Notes under the pieces: generated by a model
Database searches by the model: none
Told to the model about the DNA's origin: nothing
What the model saw: the letters and a program-made list of their open reading frames with translations, nothing else
NCBI GenBank assembly: GCA_904063045.1
Contig: CAJFCJ010000002.1
Span: 434,001 to 498,000 of the forward strand
DNA length: 64,000 nt
Direction of reading: 5' to 3'
Source: Dimorphilus gyrociliatus
Taxonomy: Eukaryota > Animalia > Annelida
Position numbers and translations under genes: made by a program
Shown: positions 53,501 to 64,000 of the stretch, one piece after another
How the letters are laid out: every line of letters starts with the position of its first letter
How positions within the stretch are numbered: the stretch's first letter is position 1

Positions 53501-55749
53501 ATAAAGGACCCATAGACGTTTAAACTGAGTTTCGTTTACCCCTTAACATTTTCCCAGGGACTCACTTTCGCCTTTCCATCTAACCCGCCTTTTTAAACAC
53601 GATCCCTTCAAAAACTAAAGAGCCGTTAGCGGTCTATAAATTACATCTAACAACCCCATTAACTAGCCTTAATCGCCTCTAGTTTTATACAGCAATTGAA
53701 AAGAAAAAAGTTGGACTATAGTGAAAAAATATAATATTTTTTCCCATTAAACATCAATAAGTTAAATAAGTAATGATAATAATACTTCAAAATACTAGTA
53801 AGCTTTATAAATAATCCTATTAAATTCTATCAATGTCGAATTCTATATAAGTCCTTGTTATTTCTTCTAACAAAACTAACCCTTCGAAAATTAGGTGAAG
53901 CTGAAGCGAAAAAAGTGCAGTCAACTGCAATGAAATGGCGTGATACAAAACTCGAATGAAATATGGAGAAAATATTATTGGAAAACTGCAATTACGTCAA
54001 GAAAAAATGTCTTCCAGTCGTTGTGCGTTAAGAACGACACGCCAATATTCGCATGACTGTATTGTTCATAGACACAAAAGAGAGTGAAATGTATATTACA
54101 ATTACAGAGCTTATGGGTTTATATGAGAATATATAATAAAAAAAGCTATGAGGTCGAAAATATGATGATGATCAAAGTGGACGCCGAAGCGTATTGTATG
54201 GAATTTAAGGAGTAAATCTAATCCCTTTATCTAATTTCCTTTTGTACAAGACAAAACAGTTCGTATCTGACTTTACATTATAAAAAAGAAAAGCCTATAC
54301 CTATACCTGAGAGGGTGTAGCTTTACTACCTTAAAGAATTGATTAGTACTGGCTGAACCCGTGCCAGCAACATGTGAATCCGTGTTCTAAGTTTACGACA
54401 GTGAAAAAAATTATTTTATCCCGTATGTTCGTGTCGTATTGAGTTAATAAATTCAAAAAAGAAAAGAAGTTATATTTGCAGTAAGCGTCTAATCGCCTTA
54501 AGTTTTAGAGGTCGATAAATAATAAAACGATGAAACAGTGGGAGGAGCTGTGAAAAGCCCTAATAGGCATCAATAATGTAAATAAAATTCTTAATTACGG
54601 TCGTCACCTATCCTTAACCTTAACAGCTTAAAGTTAACAATGACAGATAATCAAATTTTACCGTAATATCTATTTTCGCGTATCAGTGGCAATAAATCGA
54701 GAACACCTGTAATGACGCTATTAATGAAAGTAAATAAGTCTAGATCAAACAGAAATAAAAGAAATATAAATAGCAAAAATATTTGTAATAAAATCTGATG
54801 AACATGTCTTTGTTTCGTGACAAGTTAAAGAATTAATTACCCTCAAATGGCTCATATCCTATGAATACTAAAACTTTCACAAATGAAGAATTATTCTAGT
54901 GTATTTCTAAACAGTTAAGAAGATAAATGATAACAATCTATTGGATTCCGCTTAATTTAATTATATATATATGTCGGATTAACAGTTGAAAAGCGATTAT
55001 AGAAAAGAAAAAAATATAATTAAGCGTAAACAAACGTCTGACAAAATGTTTGACCGAAAATCGATATACTCGGATTACATTTAAAAAATTGGCATCAGTA
55101 AACTACTTAAAGGAAAGGTAAGTCTTATAAAAAGTCAGACAATATTACTTAAAGCTCATACGTTATAGTTGAGAAAGGGGTAAAATGCGCTGAATTGTGT
55201 CTAGAGGGAGTTTTGTTTTTAAAATTAATATCCTATTTTGCGTGCTAACAAATAATAGAACATATTGTCTGGTATATACAAAAGTGTGTATAAGAGTTGT
55301 TAGATGTAGATTAAATTAAAGCTATATGAAGATTTAATATGCTATACGAATACGAGCATTAGTTGTTGTTTGATGGAAATTCCGTTTATCCATGTTTGAT
55401 GGAGGCTTCATAATCATGGATAATATTTCATAAATCGACAGTAGACCCTCTCAACAGTTAATTATCGATTTGCAAACAAGCGTTTAGTAAACATTGTATA
55501 TCTTCTCGCCTTTTTCCTGCTATTGATTATACTTTTATCTGGATTAACGTTTTTACGTAGCTATCGTAATTTAATGCAGTTGGTTATAGAGTTCGATATA
55601 TCGCTGCTGGCTGGTCGTTATATTAAAAGCGTAACATGAGCAATCATCGATATTAATAATTTAAAAACATATATATTAATAAATAAAAAATATAAATAAA
55701 CTAACTATTCAACGCTTATGATAAATAGCGTATTATATATAAATGTTTA

Positions 55750-55781
55750 TATATATATGCTGTATATATATATATATATAT
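55750..55781. repeat. (TA)n microsatellite (a second tract lies at about 56085-56106)
   Basis: TA runs read directly. Confidence 0.8.
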
Positions 55782-56545
55782 CATACGCGTTGTATACTCT
55801 TATTTATATTTATAAATGAATATTATTCGCGAAAAGCCAATAACTTATCTCGAAAATAGATACATTTAAGGGTGTAAATAATCTTTATGCATGTTACATC
55901 CGCTAGGATATATACAAAAAAAGTATTTGCTCACATATTGAATATTTTGTCTTTGTGTGTTGCATATTGAAATTTTCCAGGTAGAAAAACTTTAAACACA
56001 CGTTAATTCGTTACGTGAACCATATGTTTCAATAGAACACAATTGATATTTTGAGAAAGAATATCATTATTATACTGCTCATGATATATATATATATATA
56101 TATATAGACGTACTAACGTATAACTTATTAGCACATGAAATATAGACAGCGTTTGTATCTATAAGAATATTTCTCGTAGAAAATATATATGTATCAAATA
56201 CTGTATATACAATATATTTATATATATATAACTGTATATTTCTATATATAATGTATATGCATTTAACAGGGTGGAATTTCTAGTACTGTACCTGATTTGT
56301 ACTCGCGTCTCTTTTTTTATATCTATAGCTCGAACTCCATCAATTACTATAGTTACCGAAAGCAAATAGGCCTACAAACCAACGAACAATTTCCTGCGCG
56401 TTAGCAAGAATTTTGGTTCTTTCTCTACAATAATCTTACCCTCCCTTTTCATACAACTCTCTTTCTTTATAAATTGGGCTTAATCTTTTTATAAGAATCG
56501 CCTTCCTTGTATTAACAGTTGTAAAAGAATTAATGATTTCCCTAC

Positions 56546-57287
56546 CTGCGAACTTATTTCCCACTTCTTCCTTCAGCAGTTCCTCCACATACTTATCTGG
56601 CATTGAGTATGTATAAACTGGCCCTGACGAATTCCTAGTTACGAGAAGCTTATAGGTGTCGTATTTTGCTTCGGTGTCACCTAACACTAAACTTTCTGTT
56701 ATCAATCTACAAATTCTTGGATAGGTTGAAGAAAAGGAATCAAACTCCCATATAGCTTTCAGTTTCTTCCATTTGTTTTCTTGTCTTATTTTTTTGAAAA
56801 AATCTACTAAAGACGTTGGAGATGCTGGCCCCGCTCTTGTTATTGGATATGATGCTTTTTTTCCAAAATCTCTTGCTAGTCCTCCAACAGTTATTAATGG
56901 AAATTTCCAGATGCTGAGCTGTCGGGCCAATGGGGCTAATGTGTAATCGCAAATGGGTCCCAAGAATCCTGTGATGGTACCGTTTACATAAAAGTTAATG
57001 GCTTCGTTCATACCATCCGTGTCGGTGCATTTAGAATCTCTGTACTTTATGTCCAATTTATATGGAGTTAGATAGCCATATTCGACAATTTTTTTCTGTG
57101 CAAGAACTGCTGCTGGTTCCAGCTTATTTTTTCCAAAAATTTTATTCTCGAAAGGAATAAGCGTTGCTATCGTTAATTTTTTTTCATCTGTGAATCCTCT
57201 TTTCGAATATTTTTTGCCCGTTTCGTGCCGAATCTTAGTAAATATCGGCTCGATAACGAGGAGCAGGAACAAGGTCGAGATTTTCAT
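56546..57287 (-). CDS. Variable first coding exon V57 of rGC-A
   Basis: 742 nt (247 codons +1) from ATG 57287 (MKISTLFLLLVIEPIFT); LTIATLIP, DSKCTD, GPICDY, ITVGG; donor GCA G|GTAGGG, phase 1. Confidence 0.83.
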
Positions 57288-59019
57288 GCTCAGCGTCCTT
57301 CCATCTGCATCTCGGCCCGCGGTAACTGATTCTTTTACTGAATAACTTTCTCGAGTAATAAATACTCTTGCGGAGTCATAAAATTTTCTGATATAAATAA
57401 AGTTTGAGCGGCGGATAAAATTCAGTGAACGATATCCGAAGTACAATAAAAGTCTGAGAATGAACGGTGACGTTAAGCGCCCCCTAGACTTAGGAGCTAG
57501 CTATGAGTGCATAGATAATTAGTACGTCATCACTCATTATGCACTCCTCTTTTTCCTTCAGTATATGTTATTTAGATATTTACTCTTCAGAACACTTTCT
57601 GGAGATAACTGCTTGTATGCTCTTGTTAAAGTACAAATTTATGATTGTCTGTTAGAAATAAATTCTAAAAATACACATAGATTTCCGACAAAGCGGTAAC
57701 GTCGATAAGCGTTTTGTTTACATGATTACGAATCGTGACTTATTCTATCTATATTTCAACAATTGCCGTAAAATAGTAAAGCAACAGAACTCGAAGCGGA
57801 TTGCGGTTTAATTTTCTTATCGTCAAAAGATTTGACTATATAAAATATTATTAAAAGACTGAGATATGACATAAATTAATAAACGAAATGGAAAAAGAAA
57901 GCGTAATATCAATTTAGAAGTGTTTACGAAAAGATAGAACAGAAGCCTTGAAATGGAATTGATGACTAAATTGTATGGAATTCTTGCATGGTTTCTCGTT
58001 ATTCGTCCCCCTATTCTTATTTCAACCGTAATTCTCGTGGAGCCTTTGGTCAAAAATCAATAGAGGCAATTTATTGTCTTTTAGCTGTTTTATTTCCTAT
58101 AAAAATTGTTAAGTAAACAATAAAGGTTTTTTTCGCAAGTATGAAAGAAGAAGACTATGTACATATTTTGCAATTGAAATTTATTTCTTATTTATTAAAA
58201 TGAAAAGAAAACAAGAGCTGGTATCAATTGCCTGATTAAAATACTGAGCCTCATCTACTTGATTAGAAACAGAAGAACTATGCAAGACACGCTACTGTTC
58301 TAATTTCAATTTAGTATCCAAAATATCGAACTATTGCTGTTGACGTTCGATGAAAAGAACAGTATTTCTTTTACTGCTTGGCATTATTTCGAATAGGCCT
58401 TTAACTAAAAGGCTAACGAAGTTTATTCGAGTTGCAGACAAAGAACCTGTACCCTATTATTCATTCTAAAATGTCAAGTTTTTATTCTTTACCAATTATG
58501 CGTTCGGTCTTATGGCTAGTGGCATATAGCAGGTTTTTTGGTAATAATTGCCTATTCTTTAATCAATCGTTTGAGTATAGATGGCAGCATCGTTTTTTTA
58601 CGCTCTTAATGTTAATCAAAGAAATATAGGTTCATACGTGCAATGTTTTGTAATATTAGAAAATGTAAGTTTGTACATAGATATTATCTTAATATCTCCA
58701 CAGTACGTACTGTATATGTACATATACGGTTTTGAGAAGAAGGTACGAGTAAACAACAGTCTCGTTTCTTATGATCTTTTTCTATCTTTATATTCTATAT
58801 TTTCGCCTCTTCAACCCCCTGCTCTGTTCTTTAACTCAAAAAAAAAGATAAAAAGCGTTCAATTACAAATGCGTCACTTCGGGTCTGCGGTCGTAAGTCA
58901 CGATCAAAGTGACGACCTACAGCTTTTTTGATGCACAAATCGTTGCTGCTTCCGTTTTACGCGTCACCTACCAACCGCGACAATGGCCTATTAGGGATGA
59001 TAAAAAAGAATCTTCCTAC

Positions 59020-59716
59020 CTGCGTAACGTAATCCCAATTTATTCGTTAAGATATCTTCTATATTCTTCAGTATAATATTTTGATATTCAACCTCCGCTT
59101 TTTTAGTAGTTAATTTCTTCTCAATGGCATCTGCGCTCAGCAAACAAAATCTAAAAACTTTGTCTTCAAATGCCTCTCTTTCATACAATATCAACAGTCT
59201 ACTCCAGCCAAATCGATTGACAATAGTTAGAATTGCATCAGCCAGTGAGTTTGCTGTTGCTCCAATCCTAGTCAAACGGCCGTACATATCCTTCTTTTTG
59301 GAAAAATCATAAGCGAAAGCACCTGCTGTTATTACAGGTATTCCCCAATATTTGAGTTCCCTTATGACAGGAGCCGCTACATAATCACAGGCTGGGCCTA
59401 TAACCATGTAAAATTTTTCCTTTTGCAAAAGTAAAAAGAGCTGATGAATTCCCAACGAAACATCGCATTTGGTATCTCTAAGGAGAAGTTCAACTGTCAC
59501 CTCTCCGCCAAGAATGGTATATAGTGAATTGTTGGATTTTGTTGAATCATTTTGTAGAGATTGAAGGGCGACTTCAATACTTGACCGCACCATTTCCATG
59601 GGATATATAACACTGCTGTTCAGTGGTAATAGCACAGCAATGCTAATATTTTGGGAGTTTGCGGTAGCGATGAGAAGGAGTAATAGGAAAGAGATGCTCA
59701 ATACGTTTCTAGCCAT
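59020..59716 (-). CDS. Variable first coding exon V59 of rGC-A
   Basis: 697 nt (232 codons +1); signal MARNVLSISFLLLLLIATANS; ISIAVLLP, DTKCD, GPACDY, ITAGA; donor GCA G|GTAGGA, phase 1. Confidence 0.83.
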
Positions 59717-62700
59717 AATTCATTTCAAAAGCACAAGGTGACAGTACCGTAGCAGTTTATAAAAATATCTATATGAAAAGAAGAATATTTGTATATTATT
59801 GCCTGAGACATTACATATCTATAGAACATTACTTGTTATAATTTAATGTTAATTCCATTAGCCTACAGAGAAATATCAACTTGTATACATAAATATTATT
59901 TTTCTTGACTAGACAACACGTCATTTTTATGCATTTAAAATTATAAAAAATTACATGATATTTTCTCAAAAAGGTCAAATAAAGACATATATAATTAATT
60001 TAATAAACCTATAAAAGAAAAAGTCTTTTATTGTCTTTCACAATAAACAAGTACTTTGTTGCAAAATCTTAAAGGAAATATTTTTTACTTATCTTAAGAA
60101 TTTTGTGTGGTACAAACTACTAATTTCTTAAGATAAAGGGATATATAAAAACAAAATGACTTATTTTGTAAACATAGTCAAGTCCGTAGTCTGCTTGAAG
60201 ACACATTAGGAATATTTAGCCGATCAGGTTTAGTCTATAAATCCGCAGGCGTATATAATTAACGAAAAAGTATAAAATAGCAAAGAACATATACAAATGT
60301 GTCGTTCCAAAAAAAAACATTTCTTTTTGTCCTTTCAAGGAAAGGATGCATATGTTTTCCAAATTAATATTTCTAGATTGAACTATTTCTACAATAGTAT
60401 GTAGTTAATAAAACGAAGAGAGGTGCATTCGCCTTGCTATAAGTAGTTCACTGCAACATTCTCCCTTACAGTAACGAGTTAACCATGAAAGAACCAATTT
60501 TTCATTTAAAATTACAAACATAAAGAGCTGAATGTTGATAATATGTTGCTTGCAGAAAACCAAGCTTTCTGAGCACGTTTTAATAATAAGACTAATGAAT
60601 ACTGGAAATATAATTAGGCTAAGGATTGACAACCGATTAATTAAAAAATACATATATATCCGGTCCTAAACAAAATCAAATCTCCAGTTAAATGTCGTTA
60701 GAGAGTTTAAAACCTTAGAAAACGACCAGTTGTCGATATATTGACATTTATGGGTTTGAACATACAGTATACATCACAAAGCTTTGTAAAACAAACTAAA
60801 TACACAAATATGGGTTAATATTTAAAAGCCGGCTATACCTGGGCAATAGGAGAAGAGTGAAAAGCATGTATTTATATATCAAGTGTTAAATATAAATGTT
60901 TACAGCGACATCTACATCTAAAAAGAAATTGATATACAGCCGCGTAAATTTTGCAGATTAGACAGATACACACACTAACACTCAAAGAAATAATATTTTC
61001 TGCTTTTGAAGCTGTTATAATTGTAGCTTTTCTTCATTTGTACTTATGCTCAAGGATTAGGAGGAATCTTTTGTAACATTTACTATACCTCAACCACTCG
61101 TTCCAATTTGTATACGAGGTTTTTGCTCTCAATTGTTCGTTTATTTAGTACAGTCCACCTAAAGTGTCTATGTTTCCTGTCCGATAAGTGACGCCTCCAG
61201 GCGTTTATTCTTTATCCCGCTGGCTTTTTTTGATAGACTAATCATTCATTGAGAAAAATTAAATCAGTTTTAACTGTATAACACGCAATGAGAATAAATT
61301 TTAAATGGAAGTTCTCTGTTTTGTGTATAAGCGTTGTAGACAGCAAAGGGCGACTCTCTAATTAAGATTCGACATTCGATAAAAGGATGTAACAGTTAAA
61401 GTACGCGTTGAAGTAGTAAATTAGCTTTATTATAACAAGATAAAATTTATAAGATTCGGAAAATACTTCTAATACTAACCATACATCATGAATGACATAT
61501 AATAAAAATATTTATTTATATATAAAATTTCTATAAAGTACAACATGATCTCATTTTAATATACTTGTATAATATTTTCATTATAACTGAAAATGACACG
61601 CTTATGATATTAGACAAATGAAATACGAGATTACGAGATTTTTATATATAGAAAAGAATTTTAGAAAAAATTATTCTTACTAGAAAGGAGAGAATCCTAG
61701 ACGAATAACCATTATATGGTTTGTATATTTTTCTTAAAATGCGAATGTAAGAGATAAAGCAATATTTATACAATAGACCAGAAAAGTAAATGAGATACAT
61801 CAAAGAATATGAGCTCATCTGAACTACTGTTAAGGAAAAAGTACATAAAGGGAAAGAGTAACGAAATACTCGTTTCCTTTACAAATACAAATACAATGGA
61901 AGAGGTTAAACAATAAACATATTGATGAGCATTATTGCTTTTAGAAAAAATATTATCGACAGTATTTTTTGCAAAATCCAAGTATTTTGCAAATCAAATC
62001 ATCATTGTATCTATCACTTTTTTTTTATCCATTTGGTAAAGGTAACCTTAGATGAGCGATAATAATCGTTAATAATAAGGGAAAACTAGAGAAAAAAAGT
62101 AGAAATAATACTATTACAATTGAAAGGCTTCATTGTTTCAAAATGGTCTAACATAGAAAAAACACTGAGCTGCGTAGAACGCTTACCTAAAAATTAACGT
62201 GTTTGCAATATTTAATTTTCCTATTTGCGTATGCTATATGTAGAACTAGCGCACTGTACTATATTCGTTACGTATATATTCCTTAATTGGAGTAAAGTAT
62301 ATTGATAAAAAAAAACTGTATAGAAATATTTGAATAATTGCATTTTTTAGATATTATATATAATTTTTTTGTATTCCCAGTTTACAAATATCCGCTATTA
62401 CGGATAAATAATATTTAAAAGTATGGCATGTAAACTACAAAGTTTATCCCTTTTAAAATACAATAGGTAAGGCTTAAAAATACTTAACGACTTAATATCG
62501 CTGGTAGAACAAGCAAGTTTTGTTCTCACTTTTTTTTATTGATCTTGAAATGACTGTTATTAATGGTTGATATATACTTTTCTATATAAACTCCTTTTCA
62601 GCAAAAAGAGGGGTTGTATTCTGAGAAACAACAGTGTTTAGATTTCGTTTTATACGCTTTTCCTTTTAGATTGTATTCTTGGAAAATTTATCCTAATTAA

Positions 62701-63497
62701 AGTAAGCAAATTAACCAAATACATTTGTTACTCTTCTTTTATTTCTCTTTACTTTCCGGGCTGAATTTTCTTTTTAAAAATTTCTAGAAAGGTAAAATTC
62801 CTGTATTCTTCAAAACTGAAGAGAAATATTATAGGTGAAGAAGGAAGTGTAGGATCAGCGCAAAAAAAGGCTAATCAACGCTAATGTATAAGTACGAAAA
62901 AAAAAAGATTGTTAGTGGTAATACCTAGCTTGTTCCATATTTTTACTGGGCTGCTCTCTTGCACGACGCTTTTATCTTAAAAAAATTCTCTTTTCTTGTT
63001 AAAATTTAATAAATTGAAAATATTTTAAGACATGATTTAATATAGATTGACGGCTGGGAAGCGGATGAGCAAAAATATATTAACCCATGCTCAAACTATA
63101 GTCCATATATAGATTGTTATCATGCCTTATACCTTTCTCCCTGGTCCTTTCACAACAACATACAATTATGGGTTTAAATATACGATATTAGAAATAGACA
63201 CTCAAAAACACGCAGCCTTAAACGTATAAATAGGAAACAAATCTGTTTCCTCAATATTTTTACAGGAAAATTTTGAAGAAAAAATATTTGGAGGATATAA
63301 AACTTATTTGTCGCCCTGTTGTTCACGATGGTTGAGAATTAAGTTGTTATATTTAATAGTTAATGCACCAAATGACACAGTTAATGAATATTTATCATTG
63401 CAAAGTGAAATAGAAGAGTTATAAACATTATAAAAATGCCCCTCTTTCCAACAGTATTTGCTAATAAAATGTACGAATAAAATTATAAGATACTTAC

Positions 63498-63620
63498 TTT
63501 CGAAAAAGCCAAAATAAAGTAATCCCTATTGTTTTATTGAACGAGCAATCCATAAACGCTCAGCCTCATGACGTAAATGAATATGTTCTCTAAACGCCAT
63601 CTATTGGTTGGCGTAACCAA
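63498..63620 (-). promoter_or_regulatory. Candidate promoter and leader exon on the minus strand
   Basis: TGACGT (about 63569-63574) and CCAAT-box (attgg at about 63603) next to a canonical donor CGAAA|GTAAGT at 63498/63497. Its target gene is unresolved; it could be the V59 leader. Confidence 0.3.
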
Positions 63621-64000
63621 GGAAAATTAGCGAAATTTTTAAATCAGCAGTTGCAGTATTAAATAATAGTAAAAATTCAAATTATAATAAATTATTAATA
63701 TCTTTACACTTATTATATTTTCTCAATAATTGTGTTAATTATTAGCGAATTCTGAAGGCAAAATAAAAAGGCCGTGTCTTAGAATTTTTTATTAAAATTT
63801 TGAGGGTGCGTAAAATAACACTTTTAGCCTTTGAGTTTTTTACATTTCACTAGTACGTATGCCTCTAATAGTTTAGATATTTTTAATGAATGTAAAATTA
63901 TTAAGTACAATATCCTTCTCCTTGTTATCTCTTCGGAAATTTTTAAAGTTCAATATTGAAGCATAATAAATATAGAATAAATATATTGGGAGAATTTCGA

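Noticed and set aside
47521-56545. Additional or degenerate V exons in the long spacers (also 59717-64000 and 29984-34720)
   Set aside because: No signal peptide plus D-x-x-C/GP-x-C pattern seen in the ORFs or by eye; a translated HMM search would be needed to exclude decayed copies.
43155-59716. The four upstream ectodomain ORFs as independent single-exon secreted genes or pseudogenes
   Set aside because: Homology to ANF-receptor ectodomains stops exactly at a phase-1 GT donor in all of them, and the residues after it are unrelated to each other. None has frameshifts or internal stops. Standalone expression is not excluded but is less parsimonious.
62700-63500. Exon-like fragments on both strands (e.g. 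IVIMPYTFLPGPF..., ENFEEKIFGGYK...)
   Set aside because: I could not assemble a phase-consistent gene or recognise a family; it may be a real gene needing RNA evidence.

Overview
AT-rich animal genomic DNA with many very short (about 40-90 nt) GT-AG introns. This suggests a compact invertebrate genome, possibly a spiralian/annelid (inference; not verifiable here). The left 26 kb is gene-dense: an INK4/CDKN2C-like first exon head-to-head with FAF1, hnRNP A/B head-to-head with RAB8, a gp130/Domeless-like cytokine receptor, a Grindelwald-like TNF receptor, a divergent TGF-beta ligand, an LRR-Ig receptor, a two-exon Cys-rich neuropeptide precursor missed by the ORF track, and a small PPxY/PSAP membrane protein. 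The right 38 kb holds two tandem minus-strand natriuretic-peptide-receptor-type guanylyl cyclases (rGC). The upstream rGC has one constant region (42344-38100) preceded by four intact, divergent first coding exons. Each encodes a signal peptide plus the N-terminal ~230-250 aa of the ligand-binding domain, and each ends in a phase-1 donor compatible with the same acceptor. This protocadherin/UGT1-like variable-constant layout is the main candidate novel system. No tRNA, rRNA, CRISPR or mobile element was recognised. Exon models were traced by hand and checked for phase consistency.
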